This document shows, piece by piece, positions 36,048 through 50,132 of a stretch of 64,000 nucleotides of DNA. The notes beneath the pieces are model-generated. The model saw nothing but the letters and a program-made list of their open reading frames with translations, did no database searches and was not told the origin of the DNA. This stretch comes from Macrostomum hystrix. Taxonomy: Eukaryota; Animalia; Platyhelminthes. The number at the start of each line of letters is the position of its first letter. Position 1 is the first letter of the stretch. The stretch lies in the NCBI GenBank assembly GCA_950097015.1, contig CATNEN010000038.1, positions 17,298,001-17,362,000 of the forward strand, in the 5' to 3' direction. The position numbers and the translations under genes are program-made.

Positions 36048-39000
36048 TTAGAGCTGTGGCTTGCTCACACTTGGCAGATCGTGCAACAGTCTGGCTCTGA
36101 CTGGACCTGCTGACGACATCGTCTGGGATCGACATCGGCTCTGACGCTGACGCTCACAGCTGGGCTGAACAACGCAATGACGCTGAGATGCTGGACGATT
36201 CAATTGGTGATTTTTTACGACGATGCGTTTCTGTAGGCTGGCGCCTGCTGGTGACTGCTGCTGCTGCTGCTGCTGCTGCGGCTGCTGCTGCTGGTGTTCT
36301 GAATGCTTCGGTGATGCAGGATCAGCAGAGCTGCAACCAGAGCTGGCGAGTGCGGCCTGAAAGTACCATAGACAGTGACTAACAGTAGCTACCCTCAATG
36401 ACCAAAACAGTAGCCACCCTCCATGACCAAAAAGTAGCTTTCCTCAATGACCAATGACCAAACAGTAGCTTATCCTCCATGACCAAACAGTAGCTTATCC
36501 TCCATGACCAAACAGTAGCTTATCCTCCATGACCAAAACAGTAGCTTATCCTCCATGACCAAACAGTAGCTTATCCTCCATGACCAAAACAGTAGCTTAT
36601 CCTCCATGGCCAAACAGTAGCTTATCCTCCATGACCAAACAGTAGCTTATCCTCCATGACCAAACAGTAGCTTATCCCCCATGACCAAAACAGTAGCCAC
36701 CCTCAATGACCAAAAAGTAGCTTTCCTCAATGACCAATGACCAAACAGTGGCTTATCCCCCATGACCAAAAAGTAGCTTTCCTCAATGACCAATGACCAA
36801 AACAGTAGCTACCCTCAATGACCAATGACCAAACAGTAGCTTATCCCCCATGACCAAAACAGTAGCTACCCTCAATGACCAAAACAGTAGCTTATCCTCC
36901 ATGACCAAACAGTAGCTTATCCCCCATGACCAAAACAGTAGCTTATCCTCCATGACCAAAACAGTAGCTTATCCTCCATGACCAAAACAGTAGCTTATCC
37001 TCCATGGCCAAACAGTAGCTTATCCTCCATGACCAAACAGTAGCTTATCCTCCATGACCAAACAGTAGCTTATCCCCCATGACCAAAACAGTAGCCACCC
37101 TCAATGACCAAAAAGTAGCTTTCCTCAATGACCAATGACCAAACAGTGGCTTATCCCCCATGACCAAAAAGTAGCTTTCCTCAATGACCAATGACCAAAC
37201 AGTAGCTTATCCCCCATGACCAAAACAGTAGCTACCCTCAATGACCAAAACAGTAGCTTATCCCCCATGACCAAACAGTAGCTTATCCCCCATGACCAAA
37301 ACAGTAGCTACCCTCAATGACCAAAACAGTAGCTTATCCTCCATGACCAAATTAACAGTAGCTTATCCCCCATGACCAAAACAGTAGCTTATCCCCCATG
37401 ACTAAAACAGTAGCTTATCCTCCATGACCAAATAGCAAGTACACTCCATGAAAAAAAGCAGAACAATTCAAAGCTTTATTATTTTGACTACCTTCCAACC
37501 TTACCAATGGACTGGCAGGCTGTATACTGATGACGTCATCCTCATATCTTCCTGACACTAGTGCCACATTGATGGCTCTACCAAGGTCATCAATAGCTGC
37601 AGTCTGGGTCGGATAATCCGAAGCAAATTTGCGACTGAAAGGCTAAAATATTGTCGGTTTTTTTATTTAGCAATTTGTAGCAAATCTGTCAAATTAATCC
37701 TTTCAGTCAGTAGCTTAGTCTGTTAAATTAATCCTGTCTGTCAGTAGCTTAGGCTGTCAAATTAATCCTGTCTGTCAGTAGCTTAGGCTGTCAAATTAAT
37801 CCTGTCTGTCAGTAGCTTAGGCTGTCAAATTAATCCTGTCTGTCAGTAGCTTAGTCTGTCAAATTAATCCTGTCTGTCAGTAGCTTAGGCTGTCAAATTA
37901 ATCTGTCTTCTGCTAGCTAGGCTGTCAAATTAATCCTGTCTGTTAGAAGCTAGGCTGTCTAATTAACCTGTCTGTTAGAAGCTAGGCTGTCTAATTAACC
38001 TGTCTGTTAGAAGCTAGGCTGTCTAATTAACCTGTCTGTTAGAAGCTAGGCTGTCTAATTAGCCTGTCTGTTAGAAGCTAGGCTGTCTAATTAACCTGTC
38101 TGTTAGAAGCTAGGCTGTCTAATTAACCTGTCTGTTAGAAGCTAGGCTGTCTAATTAATCTGTCTATTAATTAATAGGCTTTCTAACCTGATCTGACTCC
38201 ATCATTTGATCCATGGTTCTGGGTCTTTCAACCAGTCCTCTTTGAAGCTGTTCAGACGCAACGGGTTTCATTCCTGACGACAGTCGGCCGCGATGACCCT
38301 GCCGATGCTCTCGACTCTTGCGCGAGTAATTGACAGTGTTGCCGCCACCGCCGCTGGCTGAGCAGCCGTCGCATTGAGCATCACTGCGTTCCCGGCGATT
38401 GCTGTACAGTTTCTTTTTTAGTCTGCTCCTAGAAGACAATATTAATTATAGGTCTCGATTTGGTCATGGAGAGTAGATTCTTTATTGGTCATGGAGGGTA
38501 GATTCTTTATTGGTCATGGAGGGTAGATTCTTTATTGGTCAGGGAGGGTGGATTATTTATTGGTCATGGAGGGTAGATAACTTATTGGTCATGGAGGGTG
38601 GATTATTTATTGGTCATGGAGGGTGAATTATTTATTGGTCATGGAGGGTAGATTATTTATTGGTCATGGAGGGTGGATTATTTATTGGTCATGGAGGGTA
38701 GATTATTTATTGGTCATGGAGGGTGGATTATTTATTGGTCATGGAGGGTGGATTATTTATTGGTCATGGAGGGTAGACTATTTATTGGTCATGGAGGGTA
38801 GATTATTTATTGGTCATGGAGGGTAGATTATTTATTGGTCATGGAGGGTAGATTATTTATTGGTCACGGAGGGTAGATTATTTATTGGTCATGGAGGGTT
38901 TATTGGTCATGGAGGGTAGATTCTTTATTGGTCATGGAGGGTGGATTATTTATTGGTCATGGAGGGTAGATTATTTATTGGTCATGGAGGGTAGATTATT

Positions 39001-42000
39001 TATTGGTCATGGAGGGTAGATTATTTATTGGTCATGGAGGGTAGATTCTTTATTGGTCATGGAGGGTTTATTGGTCATGGAGGGTAGATTATTTATTGGT
39101 CATGGAGGGTGGATTTTTTATTGGTCATGGAGGGTGGATTCTTTATTGGTCATGGAGGGTAGACTATTTATTGGTCATGGAGGGTGGATTATTTATTGGT
39201 CATGGAGGGTGGATTATTTATTGGTCATGGAGGGTAGATTATTTATTGGTCATGGAGGGTAGATTATTTATTGGTCATGGAGGGTAGATTCTTTATTGGT
39301 CATGGAGGGTTTATTGGTCATGGAGGGTAGATTATTTATTGGTCATGGAGGGTGGATTTTTTATTGGTCATGGAGGGTGGATTCTTTATTGGTCATGGAG
39401 GGTAGACTATTTATTGGTCATGGAGGGTGGATTATTTATTGGTCATGGAGGGTAGACTATTTATTGGTCATGGAGGGTGGATTATTTATTGGTCATGGAG
39501 GGTGGATTCTTTATTGGTCATGGAGGGTAGACTATTTATTGGTCATGGAGGGTGGATTATTTATTGGTCATGGAGGGTGGATTCTTTATTGGTCATGGAG
39601 GGTAGATTCTTTATTGGTCATGGAGGGTAGATTATTTATTGGTCATGGAGGGTGGATTATTTATTGGTCATGGAGGGTAGACTATTTATTGGTCATGGAG
39701 GGTGGATTATTTATTGGTCATGGAGGGTAGATTATTTATTGGTCATCGAGGGTGGATTTCGTTTGGTCATGGAGGGTGGATTTTCCGTATGGCATGGAGG
39801 CTAAATTTAAACTAAACGAAAAGTCTGTTGGTATTGAAAAGTCGGTAAAAAAGGCTATAAATATTTCTTCTTGGCAATGTTAATCAAATCGGATATCTCA
39901 TTAGCAATAAACCATAGTTTCTAATTATCGAATGACCAAATATGTCATTATATTCTGATCAATCTACAATCTGCTTTGATCAATATGCGAGCTGAATAAT
40001 TAGTGTAGTTTACTCACACTTCTTCTATTTTTAGTCCGAAATAATGATGCCAACAAAGTGCACTGCCAGATGTCTACTAGCTAGGCTTTTCGAGATATCA
40101 ATGACTAAATGAATAACAAAGGTTATTTCTCTGACACTGTCCAGCATAGTCAAATCGATGCACTTTTAAAGGAAACCAAAGGGGAAGAAATGTGATATTG
40201 ACTAGCCTACTAGGATATGTAGCAACTAAAGAATGACATCTCGCTTGACTTTTTATTTACGAGCGTATATTTGCTTTTTATTTTAACATTTCTCATCAAC
40301 TTTCCTGTTTCCTCTGTTGTTCTATCTTTTCTCTCCATTGTTCTATCTTTTCTCTCCATTGTTCTATCATTTCTCTCTATTGTTCTATCTTTTCTCTCTC
40401 TTTTGTTTTATCTTTTCTCTCCATTGTTCTATCATTTCTCTCTATTGTTCTATCTTTTCTCTCCATTGTTCTATCTTTTCTCTCCATTGTTCTATCTTTT
40501 CTCTCTGTTTTGTTTTATCTTTTCTCTCCATTGTTTTATCATTTCTCTCTATTGTTCTATCTTTTCTCTCCATTGTTCTATCTTTTCTCTCCATTGTTCT
40601 ATATTTTCTCTCCATTGTTCTATCATTTCTCTCTATTGTTCTATCATTTCTCTCCATTGTTCTATCATTTCTCTCTATTGTTCTATCTTTTCTCTCCATT
40701 GTTCTATCTTTTCTCTCCATTGTTCTATCTTTTCTCTCTATTGTTCTATCATTTCTCTCCATTGTTCTATCATTTCTCTCCATTGTTCTATCATTTCTCT
40801 CTATTGTTCTATCTTTTCTCTCCATTGTTCTATATTTTCTCTCCATTGTTCCATATTTTCTCTCCGTTGTTATATCTTTTCTCTCCATTGTTCTATCTTT
40901 TCTTTCCATTGTTCTATCTTTTCTCTCTATTGTTCTATCTTTTCTCTCCATTGTTCTATCTTTTCTTTCCATTGTTCTATCTTTTCTCTCTATTGTTCTA
41001 TCTTTTCTCTCCATTGTTCTATCTTTTCTCTCCATTGTTCTATCTTTTCTCTCCAATGTTCTATCTTTTCTCTCCAATGTTCTATCTTTTCTCTCCAATG
41101 TTCTATCTTTTCTCTCCATTGTTCTATCTTTTCTCTCTATTGTTCTATCTTATTCCCAGTATTTTCCTCACCTGAATCTCAAGATGGCAGCCACCAGAAA
41201 GAAGGCGGATATGATTGCACCGCAAACGGTGAAGACAATAGTCTGTTTGAAGGTGATTGGCGCGCTAGCTGGACCTGAAATTTAATCGATTTTAGATTCA
41301 ATAGCTTTGTGCATTAAACAAAAAGTAACTGGAAACTTTGCTTTTGCTTGGACAATGTCTTCTAATTAATTTTCTGTACATTGAATCACTAAGCTATCGA
41401 ATTTAACAGTATCCAAAAATTGACTACTTAATGAAACATATTAATTAATTCTATCATTGTTTCTTGTAATCGCATTTTCTAAATCTACAGTATCATATTT
41501 GTCAGATTTAAAGTAAATGTGCAAGCAAACTGAAAGCTTAACATTGAAAGCTTAAGCAGAACTTTAGAATATCCTTTGCTGCACTGTAATTCTAACTGTC
41601 TCTTTGATCTTGTGCCTTGCATTGGGGAGGGACATACTCTCGACAATCGTTGAGCTGTCTTTACAGCTTCTCAAATGTCTACTTTGTCTGATAATGAAGG
41701 TGCGCTCGCTTCGTGACTATGTTTGCCATTCACTGTACATAACCTGGAGTATGACGCTTGTGTTGTTAAGGTGTCTTTACCGACTTTCTTTGGGGTGACT
41801 TTACAGCATTGGGGGTGTATTTATGGACTCTTTTGGGTGTCTTTACTGTCTTTGCGGTGTCTTTACTGTCTTAGGGTTGTATTGACTGACTCTTTTAGGC
41901 GTCATTACTGTCTTTAAGGGATTTTTACTGTATTCGGGTTGTCTTTACAGACTATCTTTGGGATGTCTTTACCGACTGTCTATGGGGTGTCTTTACCGAC

Positions 42001-45000
42001 TGTCTATGGGGTGTCTTTACCGACTGTCTATGGGGTGTCTTTACCGACTGTCTATGGGGTGTCTTTACCGACTGTCTATGGGGTGTCTTTACCGACTGTC
42101 TCTAAGGGTGTCTTTAACGACTGTCTATGGGATGTTTTTACCGACTGTCTCTGGGGTGTCTTTAACGAATGTCTATGGGGTGTCTTTACCGACTGTCTAT
42201 GGGATGTCTTTACCGACTGTCTATGGGGTGTCTTTACCGACTGTCTATGGGATGTCTTTACCGACTGTCTATGGGGTGTCTTTACCGACTGTCTCTAAGG
42301 GTGTCTTTACCGACTGTCTCTGGGGTGTCTTTACCGACTGTCTCTGGGGTGTCTTTGCCGACTGTCTATGGGGTGTCTCTACCGACTGTCTATGGGATGT
42401 CTTTACCGACTGTCTATGGGGTGTCTTTACCGACTGTCTATGGGATGTCTTTACCGACTGTCTATGGGGTGTCTTTACCGACTGTCTCTGGGGTGTCTTT
42501 ACCGACTGTCTATGGGGTGTCTTTACCGACTGTCTATGGGGTGTCTTTACCGACTGTCTCTGGGGTGTCTTTACAGACTGTCTATGGGGTGTCTTTACCG
42601 ACTGTCTATGGGGTGTCTTTACCGACTATGGGGTGTCTTTACCGACTGTCTATAGGGTGTCTTTACCGACTGTCTATGGGGTGTCTTTACCGACTGTCTA
42701 TGGGGTGTCTTTACAGACTGTCTATGGGGTGTCTTTACCGACTGTCTATGGGATGGCTTTACCGACTGTCTATGGGGTGTCTTTACCGACCGTCTATGGG
42801 ATGTCCTTTCTGTCTGTCTTTGGGAGTATTCTTACAGGCAATATGGGGTGTCTTCAATGACTATGTAATTTGTCCATCTTTTATGTTCTTTATTGTGAGG
42901 CTGTCATTGAAATGTCACACAGAAACCGAAGCAAACTCACTTCGCACTGAATAATGCATGAGCGAGTGCACTTTAATGTGTGTTAGGGAATCTAAATAGT
43001 ATTATACTTCCTCCAGGGAGTCATTTATCATTTAGCGAATGGACTACCTTATAATCCCTTGACTCCCCTGAGTCCATATTTCCCATACTCGAGTGTGGCA
43101 AGCTGGCTCCACCCAAGGCATCTGTGTACAGCGATTCCCGAGTGGCGAAATTCTGCCTAGGGGAGTGATGCTCAATGTGGCACGTGCTCATATCAATAAT
43201 GCATCTTGGGCCAATTTTTGCTGAGCATCCGATTCTAAAACCGAACTGTCCAATCCCATCCTATATTTATGACTATGGCTCAAATGTATCAGCTTTCTGC
43301 ATGAGTCTTCTGACATTTCTGAGAAACGATTTGATGAGAAACGTTTCGAGATTTGAGCAGGTGGTGTACATAAAGAATAACCTATTTTCGTGAAATTCCA
43401 CCAAAAGTGGATTAAAAACTTCTGCTATTTTACTATGAACTAGCTTTCAAAGCCGTCCGACGCCAGCATCGTCGGAACATCGGCGGCAGCCATCGTTGAG
43501 ATGCCAATCGGGTGCTTTTGATGAAGGTCCAGACGGTCGCCGCCGATGCTCCAGACGGTGATGAAGATGACCCTGGAAAATGGGATGCTGATAGCAAAGA
43601 TCCCTATGTGTGTCAATGTTTGACTTCTGCTACGATTCCGTGAGTAGGTTTGACTTCTGGTACGATTCCACGAGTAGCTTTGACTTCAGCTGCGATTCTG
43701 TGAGTATGTTTGACTTCAGCTGCGATTCTGTGAGTAGGTTTGACTTCAGCTGCGATTCTGTGAGTAGCTTTGACTTCTGGTACGATTCCACGAGTAGGTT
43801 TGACTTCTGCTGCGATTCTGTGAGTAGGTTTGACTTCTGCTACGATTCTGTGAGTAGCTTTGACTTCTGGTACGATTCCACGAGTAGGTTTGACTTCTGG
43901 TTCGACCCTGTGAGTAGGTTTGACTTCTGGTTCGACCCTGTGAGTAGGTTTGACTTCTGGTTCGACCCTGTGAGTAGGTTTGACTGCAGCTGCGATTCTG
44001 TGAGTAGGTTTGACTTCAGCAACGATTCTGTGAGTAAGTTTGACTTCAGCAACGATTCTGTGAGTAGGTTTGACTTCAGCAACGATTCTGTGAGTAAGTT
44101 TGACTTCAGCAACGATTCTGTGAGTAGGTTTGACTTCAGCAACGATTCTGTGAGTAGGTTTGACTTCAGCAACGATTCTGTGAGTAGGTTTGACTTCTGC
44201 TGCGATTCTGTGAGTAGGTTTGACTTCAGCAACGATTCTGTGAGTAGGTTTTACTTCTGGTGCGATTCTGTGAGTAGCTTTGACTTCTGGTCCGATTCTG
44301 TGAGTAGTTTTTACTTCAGCTACGATTGACATTGATTGGTGAGCCGACATGATTCCATCATTCCAAAAATGAATTTTTTGACAAGAAGAACTATAACTAT
44401 AATTTGGTGGGCTTTTCGCCACCAGACACCCCGACGAGAATGGTTGAATAACTCGACGATGGCAATGTTTTGGGATTCTGGAATGTGATGTTTCATCACA
44501 TTTTCATGGCGATTGAGTGAATACTTTTGTGTTTCTACTGTTAAAATCCGCTGAAACTTGGCTTGAAACGAGAAACGGTGTAGCTGAAAGACATTGTTTG
44601 GATTAACAAATGTTCGATTCAAACAAATTTAGAAAAAAAACACATTAAAAGTGCACAAAAATGAAGACAAATCTCACTTATATATTAGCCTAACAATCTA
44701 TGGATGGGGATTTGGGATGAAAAGCTCGGGAAAAAAACCCGATAAACAACAGAGTTTGTGCCCCCAACCAACAGCACGAGTCCAACACATTTATCATAAA
44801 ACAGTCCAGTACTATCTCGCTATTATATATACACATATCTCGAGCGGTTGTTTATGATATCATGCAGCATGCATGCAATCCAGGCCCCCCTAGATGTTAA
44901 AGGCAGCTATATATATAACAGCAGCTATTCTATTTGTTTAGGTGAGAGAGAGATAGAGAGAGACAGACGTACGTCCCACAGTTCGGTTGGGACTTTGGCG

Positions 45001-47040
45001 CTGCTGGATGCTGAAATTAACCCCTAAAAACCACCCCACTCCTCTCTCCATCTGTCCCTGTGGCTGTGGTATGTCTATGCGGAAATGTCTCTTCAAATCT
45101 TTTCATCTGGTGGGAAAATGGTGAACCGTACTACTGTTGATTCCCTCGGGACTTTACTGTACGATTGTACCGTGCGATTGTACAGATTGAGTGCGTGTTT
45201 CATGACAGTCAGGTGTCAGATGAGTGTGTGTGCCATGACAGTCAGGTGTCAGATGAGTGTGTGTTTCATGACAGTCAGGTGTCAGATGAGTGTGTGTGCC
45301 ATGACAGTCAGGTGTCAGATGAGTGTGTGTTTCATGACAGTCAGGTGTCAGATGAGTGTGTGTGCCATGACTCATCATGTCACTGTCAGGTGTCAGATGA
45401 GTGTGTGTGCCATGACAGTCAGGTGTCAGATGAGTGCGTGTTTCATGACAGTCAGGTGTCAGATGAGTGTGTGTTTCATGACAGTCAGGTGTCAGATGAG
45501 TGTGTGTGCCATGACAGTCAGGTGTCAGATGAGTGTGTGTTTCATGACAGTCAGGTGTCAGATGAGTGTGTGTGCCATGACAGTCAGGTGTCAGATGAGT
45601 GTGTGTGCCATGACAGTCAGGTGTCAGATGAGTGTGTTTCATGACAGTCAGGTGTCAGATGAGTGTGTGTGCCATGACAGTCAGGTGTCAGATGAGTGTG
45701 TGTTTCATGACAGTCAGGTGTCAGATGAGTGTGTGTGCCATGACAGTCAGGTGTCAGATGAGTGTGTGTTTCATGACAGTCAGGTGTCAGATGAGTGTGT
45801 GTGTGTCATGACAGTCAGGTCTCAGATGAGTGTGTGTCTCATGACAGTCAGGTGTCAGATGAGTGGGTGTGTGTCATGACAGTCAGGTGTCAGATGAGTG
45901 TGTGTCTCATGACAGTCAGGTGTCAGATGAGTGGGTGTGTGTCATGACAGTCAGGTGTCAGATGAGTGTGTGTTTCATGACAGTCAGGTGTCAGATGAGT
46001 GTGTGTGCCATGACAGTCAGGTGTCAGATGAGTGTGTGTGCCATGACAGTCAGGTGTCAGATGAGTGTGTGTGTGTCATGACAGTCAGGTGTCAGATGAG
46101 TGTGTGTGCCATGACAGTCAGGTGTCAGATGAGTGTGTGTTTCATGACAGTCAGGTGTCAGATAAGTGTGTGTTTCATGACAGTCAGGTGTCAGATGAGT
46201 GTGTGTGCCATGACAGTCAGGTGTCAGATGAGTGTGTGTTTCATGACAGTCAGGTGTCAGATGAGTGTGTGTGTGTCATGACAGTCAGGTCTCAGATGAG
46301 TGTGTGTCTCATGACAGTCAGGTGTCAGATGAGTGGGTGTGTGTCATGACAGTCAGGTGTCAGATGAGTGTGTGTTTCATGACAGTCAGGTGTCAGATGA
46401 GTGGGTGTGTGTCATGACAGTCAGGTGTCAGATGAGTGTGTGTTTCATGACAGTCAGGTGTCAGATGAGTGTGTGTGCCATGACAGTCAGGTGTCAGATG
46501 AGTGTGTGTGCCATGACAGTCAGGTGTCAGATGAGTGTGTGTGTGTCATGACAGTCAGGTGTCAGATGTGTGAGTGTGTATGTCATGACAGTCAGATGTC
46601 AGACGAGTGTCTATGTCATGACAGTCAGGTGTCAGATGAATCTGTCAGACAGTAAACGGCCTTCACTGACCTTCGCTATTACCGTTAACTTTAAATGTGA
46701 AGGCCCCAGCAGCGTCATTTTCATCTCCGTCTTCGTCTTCGCCGCTTCCGTTTCCCTGATTGTGTCGAAGAAGTCGGCAGCCATCTAGTCGAAGAGTCAA
46801 TGTCAACAGTCGCTCGCCCCGATGTATTTGAAGGCCGGTTTCTTCAACTTTGGTCGCATCGGCGGCATTGGCAATGCTTCGACACGTGAAATTACTCAGG
46901 CCAGCCAGGTTCAGTGCAAGTTTCAGCAGAGCCTGCTCATACTGCTGATGCGCATCCTCTGACACTGGGGGGATGACAAAGCCAGGAATTTGAGCAGCTT
47001 GGAGCAGAGAAGCTAGTAACAGAGGCATCAGTAATCGCAT
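36048..47040 (-). CDS. Uncharacterised single-pass type I membrane protein (~386 aa, 5 exons)
   Basis: Exons 47040-46671, 41274-41172, 38428-38188, 37642-37505, 36356-36048; phases 1,2,0,0 are consistent (1161 nt). Signal peptide MRLLMPLLLASLLQAAQ; TM IVFTVCGAIISAFFLVAAIL followed by basic RFRSRLKKK; disordered tail with polyQ. Confidence 0.75.
36380..37435. repeat. Intronic minisatellite, 25-26 bp unit ATGACCAAACAGTAGCTTATCCTCC
   Basis: Tandem array. Confidence 0.95.
37688..38170. repeat. Intronic minisatellite, 34 bp unit changing to a 32 bp variant
   Basis: GTCAAATTAATCCTGTCTGTCAGTAGCTTAGGCT, then GTCTAATTAACCTGTCTGTTAGAAGCTAGGCT. Confidence 0.93.
38458..39800. repeat. Intronic minisatellite, 25 bp unit TATTGGTCATGGAGGGTAGATTATT
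   Basis: Tandem array. Confidence 0.96.
40310..41150. repeat. Intronic minisatellite, 21 bp unit TTCTATCTTTTCTCTCCATTG
   Basis: Tandem array. Confidence 0.96.
41935..42805. repeat. Intronic minisatellite, 24 bp unit GTCTTTACCGACTGTCTATGGGGT
   Basis: Tandem array with a degenerate left flank from ~41770. Confidence 0.96.
43605..44330. repeat. Minisatellite, 30 bp unit TGAGTAGGTTTGACTTCAGCAACGATTCTG (array 1)
   Basis: Tandem array; same unit as 49100-50132. Confidence 0.96.
45188..46650. repeat. Intronic minisatellite, 33 bp unit CATGACAGTCAGGTGTCAGATGAGTGTGTGTGC
   Basis: Tandem array with a ~470 bp block duplication. Confidence 0.96.
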
Positions 47041-47692
47041 TCCCGTTGCAAAAATGATCCTAACAAGAAACCAGATTCTGTATTCGTGTGTAAAAATCAG
47101 TCAATTCTGCTTTTCTGAGGGCAGAGTGAAAAACAGTTCTTAAAAGTTTCGTGTTAAATCTAGTTACTGATGATCTATCTGGCTTGTCATTGGCTAGCTT
47201 TCTATTGACCAATCAACTGTTCTGTGTGTGTGTGTGTGTGTATGTGTTGTTTTTCTAACCCTGAATAGGTAACTTAGGCGAAGTTATTCTTCGTTGCCAC
47301 CATCAATCAACAAGTTCTAACGTCTTAGAACATTTATATACGAGCTATATAATAAGGGGGTCAATGTTCTAAATTGACTAGTTCGAATGCGTGGGCGATA
47401 TGTCTTTGTACTTTTAATCATTCCAGATAGATTGCAGTGCAAATACTATACAGCGATTCGTAAAAGGTCAAAGGTAAAAGGTCAACCTGACTGTGTCGAG
47501 TCGAATTCCTTTGATTGACTTAATTTGGATGTTTTCGAATATATTTCTGTGTGTGCGCTAGGATTTGTTCCGTTTTTAAGTTCATGACTTGTTTGCATGA
47601 CTCAACTGCATGGTATGATCACTGAACAAATCTATTTTGTTATACTTTTGATTTGCCTACCTTTTGAAATGTTGTGCTTTATGACACACTTA

Positions 47693-48600
47693 TTGATCAT
47701 GTCACTATGACCAGCTTTGATCATGTCACTATGACCAGCTTTGATCATGTCACTATGACCAGCTTTGATCATGTCACTATGACCAGCTTTGATCATGTCA
47801 CTGTGACCAGCTTTGATCATGTCACTATGACCAGCTTTGATCATGTCACTATGACCAGCTTCGATCATGTCATTATGACCAGCTTTGATCATGTCACTAT
47901 GACCAGCTTTGATCATGTCACTATGACAGCTTTGATCATGTCACTATGACCAGCTTTGATCATGTCACTATGACCAGCTTTGATCATGTCACTATGACCA
48001 GCTTTGATCATGTCACTATGACCAGCTTTGATCATGTCACTGTGACCAGCTTTGATCATGTCACTATGACCAGCTTTGATCATGTCACTATGACCAGCTT
48101 CGATCATGTCATTATGACCAGCTTTGATCATGTCACTATGACCAGCTTTGATCATGTCACTATGACAGCTTTGATCATGTCACTATGACCAGCTTTGATC
48201 ATGTCACTATGACCAGCTTTGATCATGTCACTATGACCAGCTTTGATCATGTCACTATGACCAGCTTTGATCATGTCACTGTGACCAGCTTTGATCATGT
48301 CACTATGACCAGCTTTGATCATGTCACTATGACCAGCTTTGATCATGTCACTATGACCAGCTTTGATCATGTCACTATGACCAGCTTTGATCATGTCACT
48401 ATGACCAGCTTTGATCATGTCACTGTGACCAGCTTTGATCATGTCACTGTGACCAGCTTTGATCATGTCACTATGACCAGCTTTGATCATGTCACTATGA
48501 CCAGCTTTGATCATGACACTGTGACCAGCTTTGATCATGTCACTGTGACCAGCTTTGATCATGTCGAAGCTTTAACCCGCTTTGATCATTTCACTATGAC
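47693..48600. repeat. Minisatellite, 24 bp unit TGATCATGTCACTATGACCAGCTT
   Basis: Tandem array with a 239 bp block duplication. Confidence 0.96.
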
Positions 48601-49099
48601 TCACTATGCCCCAATTCGGTCATGATCCTTTTATTGAATTGCTTCATTATATCCTTTAGAATCCTGTCATGACGTTAAATATTATAGTTTTGTAACAATA
48701 CGAATTTTCTCGAAGAGATAAGTACAAGTACCTATCCTTAAAGTATGGCGCTTCACTGATTGGTTGAGTATATTTTGAATCCGAATGTGCACCAAATAAA
48801 TTGATTGCTCGTTCACCCGAAAAAATTAATATATGCTCCCGAAATAGAACCACCAATCATAATTTAGCATACACATTAGAACTAAAAACATTAACTATTT
48901 ATGAAGCGACCGTAAGGTTTGAATTTGACATGTCGGACGTATGAGATATTATCGGTACAGACACAAAACCTGATTTGTACTTTAATGGTTTTTGTGCTCT
49001 TATTATTGGTCACGGTGTTTTTGAATGCTTCGCGAATTCTTCAATTAATCCAAAAAATTAGGATACAGCTTTTGCAATCGCCCTCGATCGTGCAATTCG

Positions 49100-50132
49100 T
49101 GCTACGATTCTAGCCATATTTATTGTACGATTCCACGAGTAGCTTTGACTACTGGTACGATTCTGTGAGTAGTCTTGACTTCTGCTACGATTCTGTGAGT
49201 AGTCTTGACTTCAGCTACGATTCTGTGAGTAGGTTTGACTTCTGGTACGATTATGTGAGTAGGTTTGACTTCAGCTACGATTCTGTGAGTAGGTTTGACT
49301 TCTGGTACGATTCTGTGAGTAGGTTTGACTTCTGGTACGATTCTGTGAGTAGGTTTGACTTCTGCTGCGATTCTGTGAGTAGGTTTGACTTCAGCAACGA
49401 TTCTGTAAGTAGGTTTGACTTCAGCAACGATTCTGTGAGTAGGTTTGACTTCAGCAACGATTCTGTGAGTAGGTTTGACTTCTGCTGCAATTCTGTGAGT
49501 AGGTTTTACCTCTGCTACGATTCTGTAAGTAGGTTTGACTTCTGCTACGATTCTGTGTGTAGGTTCGACTTCTGGTACGATTCTGTGAGTAGGTTCTGTG
49601 AGTAGGTTTGACTTCAGCTACGATCTGTGAGTAGGTTTGACTTCAGCTAGTATTACGATTCTGTGAGTAGGTTTGACTTCTGCTTCGATTCTGTGAGTAG
49701 GTTTGACTTCAGCTACGATCTGTGAGTAGGTTTGACCTCTGCTACGATTCTGTGAGTAGGTTTGACTTCAGCTACGATCTGTGAGTAGGTTTGACTTCAG
49801 CTACGATCTGTGAGTAGGTTTGACTTCAGCTACGATCTGTGAGTAGGTTTGACTTCTGCTACGATTCTGTAAGTAGGTTTGACTTCAGCTGCGATCTGTG
49901 AGTAGGTTTGACTTCAGCTACGATCTGTGAGTAGGTTTGACCTCTGCTACGATTCTGTAAGTAGGTTTGACTTCAGCTGCGATCTGTGAGTAGGTTTGAC
50001 TTCAGCTGCGATCTGTGAGTAGGTTTGACTTCAGCTACGATCTGTGAGTAGGTTTGACCTCTGCTACGATTCTGTAAGTATGTTTGACTTTTGCTACGAT
50101 TCTGTGAGTAGGTTTGACTTCTGGTTCGATTC
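49100..50132. repeat. Minisatellite, 29-30 bp unit TGAGTAGGTTTGACTTCTGCTACGATTCTG (array 2)
   Basis: Tandem array. Confidence 0.96.
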
